From contig OY969706.1 in NCBI GenBank assembly GCA_963702095.1, positions 512,001-576,000 on the forward strand: 64,000 nt of DNA, given 5' to 3'. The position numbers and the translations under genes are program-made. The notes below the pieces were generated by a model. The model searched no databases. It was not told where the DNA came from and was given only the letters and a program-made list of their open reading frames with translations. Below are positions 1 to 9,883 of this stretch, piece after piece; within the stretch, counting starts at the first letter, position 1; every line of letters starts with the position of its first letter. Origin of the DNA: Candidatus Bathyarchaeota archaeon. GTDB taxonomy: Archaea > Thermoproteota > Bathyarchaeia > Bathyarchaeales > Bathycorpusculaceae.

Positions 1-302
1 CCTTAGGCGTCGAAGCGGTGCCCACAGAAATTGCTTCTTTGCCCTATGTGGGTTCTTTGGCGGTGGCAACCAACAAAGGCGTTTTAGCTCATCCCATGCT
101 CAAAGAAGAAGAAAGAAAAATCCTTGAAACCGTCCTTAAAGTTCCTGTTGACGTAGGCACCATCAACTGCGGAGTTCCCTATGTCGGAACAGGCTTAATC
201 GCTAACAGCCACGCTGCTGTAGCTGGTTCTATGACGACTGGACCCGAGATGTTTATAATTGGGAATGCACTGGATGTTGTGCAGGAAGAGAAAATACCAT
301 GA
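1..302 (+). CDS. eif6: Translation initiation factor aIF-6, C-terminal part (starts before the window)
   Basis: VGSLAVATNKGVLAHP, GTINCGVPYVGTGLIANS and TTGPE motifs; conserved position before rpl18a-pfdA-ftsY. Confidence 0.93.
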   Translation, partial: LGVEAVPTEIASLPYVGSLAVATNKGVLAHPMLKEEERKILETVLKVPVDVGTINCGVPYVGTGLIANSHAAVAGSMTTGPEMFIIGNALDVVQEEKIP

Positions 303-529
303 AAGCTTTCAAAGTAACCGGTCAAATCAACAAGCCAGAACTCAAGACTCCGTTTGCAAGAGAACTATTAGCTGACAAAAGCAGCCATGCAGTTGAGCGG
401 GTTTACGCTGAAATCGGCAGCAGACATCGAGTGAAACGGGTACACATAAAAATCTCAGAAGTCAAAGAAATAACAGCTGACGAAATTGAGAACCCGGTTT
501 TAAAGAAAATAGTAACTGGAGAACAATAA
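299..529 (+). CDS. rpl18a: 50S ribosomal protein L18Ae/LX
   Basis: 76 aa; AVERVYAEIGSRHRVKR motif; synteny. Confidence 0.92.
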   Translation: MKAFKVTGQINKPELKTPFARELLADKSSHAVERVYAEIGSRHRVKRVHIKISEVKEITADEIENPVLKKIVTGEQ

Positions 530-530
530 G

Positions 531-971
531 TTGACTCAAAGAGCCCAAGCTGAAGAAGAACTCCGTAAACTCAGCGTAGAAATGCGTTACCTCGAACAAA
601 CAGCGGAAGCGTTGCAGCAACGCATCCAAATGGTCAACGCAGCCATAACCGACATAACCTACGCCAACGCGACACTGGACGGCATAGAAAAAGAGAAAGA
701 AAACACTGAAATGCTGGTTCCAATCGGCGGTAGCTCTTACGTAAAAGTCAAACTTGCAGACCCCGACAAAATCATCGTTGGATTAGGCGCAGGCGTATCC
801 GTCGAGAAAACCCTAGTCGAAGCCAAAGTCACCCTCAAAGAACGCCTTGACGAACTAGAAAAAACCCTCAACGTAGCCCAGCAACAGTTCACTCAGATTG
901 CTGAACGCATAAACTCCGGCAGAGGCAGACTTGAATCGATGCTTGCCAATACACGAGAAGCCAGATCCTAG
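531..971 (+). CDS. pfdA: Prefoldin alpha subunit
   Basis: Coiled coils flanking EMLVPIGGSSYVK and IIVGLGAGVSVEK hairpins. Confidence 0.93.
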   Translation: MTQRAQAEEELRKLSVEMRYLEQTAEALQQRIQMVNAAITDITYANATLDGIEKEKENTEMLVPIGGSSYVKVKLADPDKIIVGLGAGVSVEKTLVEAKVTLKERLDELEKTLNVAQQQFTQIAERINSGRGRLESMLANTREARS

Positions 972-980
972 TGGCGTCAC

Positions 981-1886
981 ATGTTTGAAAAGCTTAAGTC
1001 GGGTTTCAAGGGCTTAGTTACCAAAGTCACCACGACCGAGCTTAAAGAAGAAAACTTAACCCCTATTTTAGCGGATTTCAAAATGAACTTGGCAGAGAAC
1101 GACGTGGCTTTTCCAGTTGCCGACAAAATCGGCGACGACCTAATCAAGCGTCTCTCAGGCGTCCAAGTTAAACGGATAGAAGACCGCAAAAAATTGGTAG
1201 ATGAAAACCTCCGCCAAGTCCTCTTAGACGTAATGTTAACCAACATCCGCATTGACCTTCTAAAGGAAGCTGAGGAGAAACGCAAAAAGAAAGAGCCCCT
1301 CACGCTTATGTTTGTAGGCATCAACGGCACAGGCAAAACCACCACCATCGCCAAAGTCACCAAGTTCTTCCAAGACAAAGGCTACTCCGTGATTTTAGCG
1401 GGCGCAGACACGTACCGTGCAGGCTCCATTGAGCAGCTTGAAGAACATGGCAAACGCCTCGGGGTCCGCGTGATTAAAAGCACCTACGGCGGCGACCCAG
1501 CGGCGGTGGCTTATGACGCGGTGAGCCACGCGAAAGCCCATGGAATCAACGTGGTATTAATTGACACTGCTGGTCGCATGCAGACTAACATGAACCTTAT
1601 GAACGAGCTTGTTAAGGTCAAACGTGTTGTCCAGCCGGACCTAACGATTTTCACTGTGGACTCGTTGATTGGCAACGATGCGGTTATGCAGGCCGAAGAA
1701 TTCAACAAAGCCGTTGGAATCGACGCCACAATCCTAACCAAAGTGGACGCCGACGTGAAAGGAGGCTCAGCCCTAAGCGTTACCTACGTAACTCAGAAAC
1801 CGATCCTCTTTATCGGTGTGGGACAAACCTACAAGGACCTTGAACTGTTTAACCCCGAAAAATTCGTTACTATGGTCCTTCGCTAA
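981..1886 (+). CDS. ftsY: Signal recognition particle receptor FtsY
   Basis: GINGTGKTTT, DTYRAG, DTAGR and TKVD SRP-GTPase motifs. Confidence 0.96.
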   Translation: MFEKLKSGFKGLVTKVTTTELKEENLTPILADFKMNLAENDVAFPVADKIGDDLIKRLSGVQVKRIEDRKKLVDENLRQVLLDVMLTNIRIDLLKEAEEKRKKKEPLTLMFVGINGTGKTTTIAKVTKFFQDKGYSVILAGADTYRAGSIEQLEEHGKRLGVRVIKSTYGGDPAAVAYDAVSHAKAHGINVVLIDTAGRMQTNMNLMNELVKVKRVVQPDLTIFTVDSLIGNDAVMQAEEFNKAVGIDATILTKVDADVKGGSALSVTYVTQKPILFIGVGQTYKDLELFNPEKFVTMVLR

Positions 1887-2295
1887 GTCAGATGGCTCTT
1901 GTTCGGGTTTGTCTGGCGATTCTTTCTTTATATGGGTGTGGCATTTTATGGGGCACCACAGGATGGGTTGAGCTGGCGGTTGCTTTTTGCGGCTGCAGCA
2001 TTTCTCAGCATCTGTTTCGGTGTGGCAACGGTGTTTTTCTCCACACGGTACATGGCTCCATGCAGAAGTCGCCGCCATGTGAGTGTGGAAGCAAGCATCA
2101 TTTGCTTTTTTCCATTTAAATAGCAATGACAGCAAAATGCAAGCGGGCACTATCATGGTCCGATGGGGGAGAGCCGCCCGTCACCAGCAACAAACCAGCC
2201 GCCCCTATAAGGAATTCTCACAAACAAAAAACACAATAAAAAAAGCAATTGCAAACAGCAAAACTAACCTGGTGCTCTTTGAGTGATGAGATGCT

Positions 2296-2390
2296 GGTTG
2301 AGTGGGCATTGCATGCAGTCAATGGACGTGGGGAGAATGGTTTAGTTGTATTTCCACTCTTTTTTTAAGATGGTTCCAGAGCCAGCAACC
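2296..2390. repeat. Degenerate dispersed intergenic repeat, copy 1 (related to 7426-7531, weakly to ~60935-60965)
   Basis: Shared blocks TGAGTGGG ... ATGGTTTAGTTGYATTT(T)CCAYTCTTTT ... GGTTCCAGAGCC(CC)AGCAA(A)CC. Confidence 0.65.
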
Positions 2391-2427
2391 AAATCATTGC
2401 ACTGATCCATAATTAGATTTAGTTAAC

Positions 2428-3693
2428 TTAGGAAATCAGTCTTTTTATTGGTTGCCTGAGTGCTAGGGATACGATTGCTAAAGTGACTGCCACTATTGCG
2501 GCTACTTCGAAAGCTGGAATCGAGCTTCCTGTAACTGTGATTATGCCTCCCGCCACCAATGGCCCGAGCAGAAAGCCGACTCCGCTTATGGCATTTATTA
2601 TTCCTGAAGCAGTCCCTGTAACATTTAATGGAAAATAGTCAGAAACCATCGCAAACGTCACAGCAGGCGTTCCAATCGCAAAGCCCATCGCGGCAACTAG
2701 GATATAGACCGCTGTTATTTCATTCCCAAATATTATGAAGGCTGACAAAAACACAGCGTACAATACGCTGCCGATTGCCACAATATACTTTCTCGCAACA
2801 TAATCGGATAAATAGCCCCATACATATCCGCCAACCATCATAAACAAAGCAAAAACGCTAAACGCTCCTCCAGCTTCCACAGGGCTCAACCCGACTTCTG
2901 AAATGAGGTAAGCTACAACAAAAAAATTGAACACCTTTAAAATAAAAATATTCATAACAAAAATAGCCCCCAAATGCCAAGTGTTACCATTTTTAAGTAC
3001 AGCTATTTTGCTTACCTTACCATCCAGAATTGGCGAATTATTATGTGTCTCATTCGATGAAGCGCCGTAGGGTAATACGTTTTTTTCTCTGGGTTCATCT
3101 CTTACCAGACTGTAAACTATCACCGAAAAGAACAGGTTGATAGCACCTAAGATGTACCATACGCTTCGCCAACCGTAGACAAGCAGTATTAATGGGATCA
3201 CAATCCCTAAAATGGCAGTATAAAGAGTACGCGGGCTATTTATGTAGCTTTGTGCAATCCCTCTTTTGCTCTTGTCAAACCATGCCCTTGTGAGTATTGC
3301 AGACAGCGTTGTTGGTGCCCCGGCTGCAAATCCGATTATAGAATAAAAAAACATGCCAATTACTGTTGAGTTTATTGTTCCCATTCCTATTATGCCGACC
3401 GAGAGCATCAAGGAAGATACTGTCAGTGATTTGCGAAGTCCTATTTTATCGGCTAAAACTCCCCATGACAGAGCGCCAATTATGAAAAAGACGCCGTATG
3501 GAGCGAATATGGTTCCTGCTTCGCCGTTTGTTATCCCCAATGTTTCTCCTAATGCAACAAGTACCAGAGGCAATGTTGCAGTAGCGGTCGCCAAAATAAG
3601 AAAGGCCTGTATTCCGCCAGTTGCGCAAATCCATCCATAGTGAATCTTTAGCTGTTCGCCAAAGCTTCGAATCGGCTTACTCATTAAGGTCAA
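2428..3693 (-). CDS. MFS transporter
   Basis: ~12 hydrophobic segments; motif A GVLADKIGLRK and GYLSDYVARK; WFDKSKRGIA. Confidence 0.9.
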   Translation of the reverse strand: MTLMSKPIRSFGEQLKIHYGWICATGGIQAFLILATATATLPLVLVALGETLGITNGEAGTIFAPYGVFFIIGALSWGVLADKIGLRKSLTVSSLMLSVGIIGMGTINSTVIGMFFYSIIGFAAGAPTTLSAILTRAWFDKSKRGIAQSYINSPRTLYTAILGIVIPLILLVYGWRSVWYILGAINLFFSVIVYSLVRDEPREKNVLPYGASSNETHNNSPILDGKVSKIAVLKNGNTWHLGAIFVMNIFILKVFNFFVVAYLISEVGLSPVEAGGAFSVFALFMMVGGYVWGYLSDYVARKYIVAIGSVLYAVFLSAFIIFGNEITAVYILVAAMGFAIGTPAVTFAMVSDYFPLNVTGTASGIINAISGVGFLLGPLVAGGIITVTGSSIPAFEVAAIVAVTLAIVSLALRQPIKRLIS

Positions 3694-3717
3694 TCTGTGG
3701 TTTTTACAGCTAACGGT

Positions 3718-4539
3718 CTATTGTGTTTTCCAAAGATTTTTGTCTTCGAAGGCTTCTACCCACATATGTTCGAAGTAATCTTGGAGAAGTGCAACGAGGC
3801 AGGGGCTGTCTGAAAACAACCTAGGGGTCTCCATAGGTTTTCGAACAGGTGTTAAGACGCTTACGGATACTTGTTTCTTATCGTCAATTCTGAGCGTGGC
3901 TAATGGTTCGTTTTCTATAAATCTAACTTGAACCGCCTTCACGTTTGTTTTGTATACTTCTGGTAGGCTTTTTTCTTTTTCTGGATGATTTGTAATTACC
4001 CGGAACATAACGTTTCTTTCCAGTAATGTAGCTATTAGATCAGAATCAATTATTCCACGGTATGATATGTGATCGAATGAGTCCATAATGTCAATACTTT
4101 TTTGAGTGCTCACAACGGCATCTTTCAATCGACGCAGATACGCCTCATTTGTCGAAATTAGCTTAAATTCAAATTCTTTTGCATTAGATTCTTTCTTCTG
4201 TTTTTCATTAAAACCTTCGATTAGTTCAACCGTTTTCTTCTTAACATCATTGTATTCGGTTTGTCTTTCGTCAAGTAAAGTTGCTACACATGCCTGCAAT
4301 GGTAAAGCCCTAAATTTAGCTGGCGTATCAATAATTTTTTCCACTAAGCTCTTATTTTCAAGTTCGGTCAATATTCGGTAAATGTCCTGTCTAGCGACTT
4401 TAGAGTTTTTCCAGATTGTTTTGGCTCTAGCTTTTCCCAAGTTTAACAATGTAAGATAGACTTTTGCCTGTGTAATGTTCAGCCCTAAAGCCACTAAGGT
4501 TTCAATTCCCTGCTCATCAGGTATCATAGCCCCCAACAA
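3718..4539 (-). CDS. TrmB-family transcriptional regulator
   Basis: LGLNITQAKVYLTLL...VARQDIYRILTELENKSLVEK wHTH plus C-terminal effector-like domain. Confidence 0.88.
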   Translation of the reverse strand: MLGAMIPDEQGIETLVALGLNITQAKVYLTLLNLGKARAKTIWKNSKVARQDIYRILTELENKSLVEKIIDTPAKFRALPLQACVATLLDERQTEYNDVKKKTVELIEGFNEKQKKESNAKEFEFKLISTNEAYLRRLKDAVVSTQKSIDIMDSFDHISYRGIIDSDLIATLLERNVMFRVITNHPEKEKSLPEVYKTNVKAVQVRFIENEPLATLRIDDKKQVSVSVLTPVRKPMETPRLFSDSPCLVALLQDYFEHMWVEAFEDKNLWKTQ

Positions 4540-4591
4540 CTCCTTGCTCTTTTCTAAGCTATTGATTCAATTTCAATTTAGGTTTTTGCTT

Positions 4592-4609
4592 TTGTCGGCG
4601 AATCGACTT
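4592..4609. promoter_or_regulatory. Candidate operator in the divergent TrmB/PQQ-like promoter
   Basis: TTGTCG-gcgaat-CGACTT imperfect inverted repeat; a TTTTGC..TTGTCGG lead-in is shared with the 62509 site. Confidence 0.3.
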
Positions 4610-4676
4610 ACGCCTATCACTTAAAAGGGCTTAGGCATGAATTAAGCTTCACAAAAAAATGGAGAAAGAAAAATAA

Positions 4677-7361
4677 ATGAAATCAAAAAAATATAAAATA
4701 TTAGCCATTGCTATCATTGCATTATTTGCTTGCAGCGCTTTCGCAATCTCACCTCTAAAAGCAAGTGAATTCCCAAACGTTCCTACATACTCATATTTGC
4801 TTGCAGTTCCAGACTATGTTGGCTTAGGCCAATCGGTGTTCCTCACTGCTTGGGTTGACAAAGTTCCACCAAATGCAGCGATGACTAGCGGCGATCGATG
4901 GGTAAACATAACAATATATCTTACATACCCTGATGGAAGCAAACATACAATCGGACCTCTTACTTCTGACAGCGCTGGCGGTGCCTCTACCACATTTATG
5001 CCCACTACGACTGGAAACTACTCTGCGTACATGGTCTTCCCTGGACAAACAATCACAGGAAACTCAGGAAATCCATCATGGCCTATAAATCCAAACGACA
5101 AAACAATCGGAGACTACTATGGTCCATCCACAAGTCCAACAATCCACTTCACCGTGGGAGATACCCCTGCAACAATGATTGCTGAGAACCCTCTTCCAAC
5201 AAATTATTGGGAGACTCCAGTAGAAGCATTTAATCACTGGTGGTACGCACTTAACGGAAACTGGTTCGGTTTCGCAGACGTAAACTTCGCAAATACCGGA
5301 TGCTACTCTGTAGAAGGCAACTTTAACCCCTATTCACAAGCTCCGACAACCTCGCATATCGTTTGGACTCGCCCCGAAATGCCCGGTGCAGCCGGAGGTC
5401 AAATGGGCGGTGAATTCGGAGGAACCTCGGAAACCAACTACTTTAGTGGCGTTGAATACCAACCCAAGTTCGCACCAATTATCCTAAACGGAGTACTATA
5501 CTACCAATACATGCCAGGCGGAGTACGCAATACTGTTGGAAGTGCAGGTCAAGGCTGGGTCGCAGTGGACCTACAAACAGGGGAAACATTGTGGACTAAA
5601 AATTACCTAAACTACTTTGGCGACGGTCAAAATGACCTTCTTCGATGCGGTCAAATAATGGTCTACAACAATAACCCGAACTACTATGGAGGCAACTCGT
5701 ATCTTTGGGCAACAAGAACGAACACCACAGCTAACTACTATGATTTGTTTGATGCAGCAACTGGAAACTATATGACAAGCGTCTCTGGAGCACCTGCCAA
5801 AGGAAACGGCCTCACTATTGTTGAAGGCGAATACGGCGAACTGCTGTGCTACTACATCAACGCAACATCGTTTTCCAACAATGGCACTCAACTGCAGTCA
5901 CTAACACTTTGGAACTCAACCAAATGCTTGAACCCTACAGGCAACCAAATGATCCCGGATCCAATACAAAACCAACCAGTGCCATGGTCTCAAGGAATAA
6001 TGTGGTCAGTGACTTTACCCAACAGTTATGAAGGAATACCATTCGGAAACGTCATGGCAAACGGTGTAGCACAACCCTCAGGCTTCCTACTTGGAACTGA
6101 AGGACCATACACCTACACATTTGACCTGGAAAACCACATAGTGGTAATGTCAGCTGCACAAGGCGAATACACCAGATGGGAATGGCAGACAGGATGGACA
6201 ATCGACGCAGCCTACAGCTTAACCGATGGAAAACAGCTATGGATAACCAACAGAACACAAACACCATACACAACCCTGATGTGGTGCTCTGGTGCATCTA
6301 ACGGAACCTACGCAGTGTATAACAAAGAGACGCTTAATTGGATGGGCTACAGCACGCAAACAGGAAAAGTAGTATGGGGACCAACAGAGCCATACAACAA
6401 TGACCTAGCATACTATAACGATCAGAGCTCCTTCTGTGCATACGGCAACCTCTACGCATGGACATTCGGCGGAGAAGTCTACTGCTACAACATGGCAACT
6501 GGCGAAAAAATATGGAACTGGAGCACTGGTGACACAGGATTAAACAACCCCTATGGCGTCAACACACTCTGGATGCAAGGCACATACGACGCAACCATCG
6601 CTGACCATATCCTATTCGTTCACGCAGGTCACAACTATGGTCCACCACTGTACAACGGCGCGGAAGTCTATGCTCTAAACACAACTGATGGCAGCCTAAT
6701 CTGGAGTATGAGGAACACTGCTACTGGCGGAAGCATGCCAATATCTTGCGGTTACTTGTTGACCATCAATGCCTACGACAACCAACTCTACGCCTACGCC
6801 AAAGGACCAACCAAAACAACCATCAACGCACCTCAAATCGGCGTGACAACAGCTACAGCCGTAACTATAACAGGCACAATTAATGACATCTCGCCAGGCG
6901 CATCTCAGACAGTAGTTGCAAATAATTATCCCAATGGCCTACCATGCGTTTCCGACGACAGCATGTCTGATTTCATGGAAGCAGTCTACGAACAATGCGC
7001 AATGCCCAGCAACACCACAGGAGTTCCAATCACCATAAGCGTCGTTGACTCTAACGGCAACTACCGCGAAATCGGCCAAACAACAAGCAGTGCTAGCGGA
7101 ATATTCGGTTTCACTTGGACACCCGACATCTCAGGCGACTACACGCTCTACGCAAGCTTTGCAGGTTCTGGCGCTTACTACCCCTCGTCAGCTCAAACAT
7201 ACTTCCATGCAAGTGAGGCATCCACACCAGCACCGACGGCACAGGTACAAACCGGCTTAGCCACAACATCTGACTTGCTAAGTTACATTGCAGCAGCAAC
7301 AGTAGCTATCATAATTGCAATAGCAGTTGCAGTTGTGCTACTTATGAAGAAGAAGGCATAA
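4677..7361 (+). CDS. Secreted, C-terminally membrane-anchored PQQ-like beta-propeller surface protein
   Basis: Signal peptide; repeated AVDLQTGETLW / CYNMATGEKIW / ALNTTDGSLIW blades; C-terminal TM followed by KKK. Confidence 0.85.
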   Translation: MKSKKYKILAIAIIALFACSAFAISPLKASEFPNVPTYSYLLAVPDYVGLGQSVFLTAWVDKVPPNAAMTSGDRWVNITIYLTYPDGSKHTIGPLTSDSAGGASTTFMPTTTGNYSAYMVFPGQTITGNSGNPSWPINPNDKTIGDYYGPSTSPTIHFTVGDTPATMIAENPLPTNYWETPVEAFNHWWYALNGNWFGFADVNFANTGCYSVEGNFNPYSQAPTTSHIVWTRPEMPGAAGGQMGGEFGGTSETNYFSGVEYQPKFAPIILNGVLYYQYMPGGVRNTVGSAGQGWVAVDLQTGETLWTKNYLNYFGDGQNDLLRCGQIMVYNNNPNYYGGNSYLWATRTNTTANYYDLFDAATGNYMTSVSGAPAKGNGLTIVEGEYGELLCYYINATSFSNNGTQLQSLTLWNSTKCLNPTGNQMIPDPIQNQPVPWSQGIMWSVTLPNSYEGIPFGNVMANGVAQPSGFLLGTEGPYTYTFDLENHIVVMSAAQGEYTRWEWQTGWTIDAAYSLTDGKQLWITNRTQTPYTTLMWCSGASNGTYAVYNKETLNWMGYSTQTGKVVWGPTEPYNNDLAYYNDQSSFCAYGNLYAWTFGGEVYCYNMATGEKIWNWSTGDTGLNNPYGVNTLWMQGTYDATIADHILFVHAGHNYGPPLYNGAEVYALNTTDGSLIWSMRNTATGGSMPISCGYLLTINAYDNQLYAYAKGPTKTTINAPQIGVTTATAVTITGTINDISPGASQTVVANNYPNGLPCVSDDSMSDFMEAVYEQCAMPSNTTGVPITISVVDSNGNYREIGQTTSSASGIFGFTWTPDISGDYTLYASFAGSGAYYPSSAQTYFHASEASTPAPTAQVQTGLATTSDLLSYIAAATVAIIIAIAVAVVLLMKKKA

Positions 7362-7425
7362 GGACAATTGAGAAACAAAATTTCCCATTTCCCTTTTTTT
7401 GGGAACTAAAATGCGTAAGTATGTG

Positions 7426-7531
7426 GGCTGAGTGGGTTCTGGATATAGTTAATGCAGTTGCAGTTGAAGGATGGTTTAGTTGCATTTTCCATTCTTTTCT
7501 CCTTAGTTGGGTTCCAGAGCCCCAGCAAACC
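7426..7531. repeat. Degenerate dispersed intergenic repeat, copy 2
   Basis: Same blocks as 2296-2390. Confidence 0.65.
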
Positions 7532-7579
7532 CATCGCCAATTTAGCATCAAAGCCCGCAGCATTTAATGAAACGCGCCC

Positions 7580-7957
7580 TTAAGCTTCTTCGGCTTCGGT
7601 GAGTTCGAAGCGGATTTTAGCTGGGTAAACCCAGTAGGCTTTAACGAAGTCTTCAAAACCCTGGTCGATGTCGGCTGCTTCAAAGAAAGGCAAAAAATCC
7701 TTTTCGACGCCGTCCAGTTTTTTGGATGTGTGCACTTTTACGGTAAAAAGGTATTCGCCGTTGGGCACAAGTTGCTCCATATCGATTGATTCAGCGGCTT
7801 GGACTGCAAACATCAAGTTCGACAATACATCCAGAACCGCCAGTTTGCGGGCACCCTCACTTTTAGTTTTAACCACAACCAACCGTCTCTCGATTAATCG
7901 GTAGGTCCATTCAACCTCTCGGTTTAACGCCGCTGACAAAACAATCTCCTCAAACAA
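7580..7957 (-). CDS. Hypothetical protein
   Basis: 125-aa ORF co-oriented with the cupin gene; protein-like composition. Confidence 0.6.
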   Translation of the reverse strand: MFEEIVLSAALNREVEWTYRLIERRLVVVKTKSEGARKLAVLDVLSNLMFAVQAAESIDMEQLVPNGEYLFTVKVHTSKKLDGVEKDFLPFFEAADIDQGFEDFVKAYWVYPAKIRFELTEAEEA

Positions 7958-7977
7958 CAGAAGCCTAACGTTCTATT

Positions 7978-8286
7978 TTACTTTTTAAATTCAACCACCA
8001 ACATATCCGCTGTTGTGTCGCCGATGTTTTGGGCTTCATGTGACTGAGCGGACAAAAAGAAGGCGTCTCCAGTTTTTAAATCCATAACTTGTGTTTTGCC
8101 ATTGGAATCAGTCATTTTAATTTTGCCGCCGCTAAGCATATAGGCAATATGGTCGGGGTGATTGTGCATTGGAGTTTTGTCGCCTGGCTTAAAGGTTGCT
8201 TTCATGACGCGTGCACGGTCGTTTTCAAACACCAGTTTATACTCGTTGCCCGCATTTTTTAGCGGATCGCTTACTTGGCTCATCAA
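7978..8286 (-). CDS. Cupin-domain protein
   Basis: FENDRARVM...PGDKTPMHNHPDH...SHEAQNIG cupin motifs. Confidence 0.88.
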   Translation of the reverse strand: MMSQVSDPLKNAGNEYKLVFENDRARVMKATFKPGDKTPMHNHPDHIAYMLSGGKIKMTDSNGKTQVMDLKTGDAFFLSAQSHEAQNIGDTTADMLVVEFKK

Positions 8287-8395
8287 AACAGTTTCACCAC
8301 CAAATTTGCTTTGCCAAGAAAGATAAGTCTAGGTGACTGCACATCCTCAGTCACAACTCCCATTTAACGAGGAGCTAATCAGTTTAAAAAAGCGT

Positions 8396-8611
8396 TTACT
8401 TTTGAGGCTGCTTCTTCCATTTAGAGGGGTCACGCAGGTTCTGGACTGGCGAGTCTTCGGTGGCACCCTGTGCTGCCTGAGTTTTCTGTTTATAGTTTTG
8501 CTCGGCGAGTTTGGCTTTTCCCTCTTTGCTGCTGAGTTCCACGCTGTTGCCCAGTTTATAGATGGTTCTGCCGATGCGGCGTTCGCCAACTGTCCTTGTA
8601 CATCTTCCCAT
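8396..8611 (-). CDS. Small basic hypothetical protein (start MGRCTR)
   Basis: ~71-aa ORF filling the gap, divergent from the SRPBCC gene. Confidence 0.4.
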   Translation of the reverse strand: MGRCTRTVGERRIGRTIYKLGNSVELSSKEGKAKLAEQNYKQKTQAAQGATEDSPVQNLRDPSKWKKQPQK

Positions 8612-8675
8612 AAACAGGGATTCTACATCAAAGGTTAAAAACCCTTCCCGTCTAACACTACAAGAGAGTGGTAGT

Positions 8676-9086
8676 GTGAAGCAAGAAGTCAAAACCATAA
8701 AACAAACAGTAATTATACCCAAAGCTTCTCCTCAGCAAGTTTACGAAGCCTACACTGACCCCGAAAAACACTCTGAATTCACCGGCAGCGGAGCCACAGG
8801 CAAACCAGTCGTAGGCGGCGAATTCACAGCTTGGGATGGATACACTTTTGGGAAATACCTTGAGCTTGAAGAGGGCAAGCGGGTGGTGCAGGAGTGGACG
8901 ACAACCGATTGGGTTGAGGGGTATGGTCCTTCACGGTTCGAGTTGACTTTTAAGGCTGTGCCGAAGGGAACAGAGATCAGTATGGTACATTCGAACGTGC
9001 CTAAAGAGAAAGCCGACGAGATCGCTGAGGGCTGGGAAGACTTCTATTGGGCTCCACTAAAAGACTACTTTAGCGGGCAGCGTTGA
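8676..9086 (+). CDS. SRPBCC/AHSA1 (Aha1-like) domain protein
   Basis: ASPQQVYEAYTD, VGGEFTAWDG, GWEDFYWAPLK; probable GTG start at 8676. Confidence 0.88.
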   Translation: MKQEVKTIKQTVIIPKASPQQVYEAYTDPEKHSEFTGSGATGKPVVGGEFTAWDGYTFGKYLELEEGKRVVQEWTTTDWVEGYGPSRFELTFKAVPKGTEISMVHSNVPKEKADEIAEGWEDFYWAPLKDYFSGQR

Positions 9087-9840
9087 TGGCTTAGCAGCCT
9101 TTTTTGCGTTGTTCCATAGGTTGTCAAAGTAGACTTTTGCTAATTCGATGACATGGGGACTGTTTGTCCATAAACTCGGCAGTGGCTTATCTTTTAACAC
9201 AGCTATTGTAAGTTGGTGAGCATCGAAAACATGCATTCCCAATGTTACGACTGACTCTGGCATGTACCTGAGTTCAAAATTTCTGTCTCGCATTTTTAGA
9301 GTACTATTTTCTCTTTCTCCGCTTCGTGTACGATAGCTCTAACTTTTATGCCTCTGCTGCTTGCTCTTGGAACGTAATCGAATTTTTTAAGAAACTGGTG
9401 ATAATTGAGTTTTAGCGGAATTACCATTTCTAAGGTGTCCTTTGTTGAGTCGGCGAATTTTTCATGATTTTTTAGTAAATGCAGTTTTTCGGTTGTAAGC
9501 GAAAATTGAATGTTTTCTTCTGAACCAATGGTTCGGCAAGTTCCCTCGTAGAAATTCTTAAAAAAAAGATTTAACCTCGCTTTGAGTTTCGGCATTCTCC
9601 CTTTTTTGTTTATCCAGCAAAAGCTCAAGTCCATCTTTAATCGGCGTGGCTTTGTAGGTTGCTTTTTTTGCTATGATTTTTTCTGCAAGACCTATCTTTT
9701 GCAGCTGAATCATTATTCGATAGATATCCTGTCTAGCTACAATTGAAGCCGTTGCTATACTTTTTACGTCTGCCTCTCCCAATTTCGCGAGGGTAAGGTA
9801 AGTTTCGCCTGCATGGCGCTTAATCCGAGCTTAAACAAAC
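9057..9840 (-). pseudogene. TrmB-family regulator split by about three frameshifts
   Basis: Fragments LGLSAMQAK / LGEADVKSIA..VARQDIYRIM / 9296-9634 / PSLWTNSPHVIELAKVYFDNLW parallel the 3718-4539 protein. Confidence 0.75.
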
Positions 9841-9883
9841 TTTAAATTATATTTCAAGCTTGCTCCTCAACAGGTAAACCCCC

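Noticed and set aside
1892-2286. Short overlapping ORFs after ftsY
   Set aside because: No consistent frame or recognisable family; possibly a membrane-protein relic.
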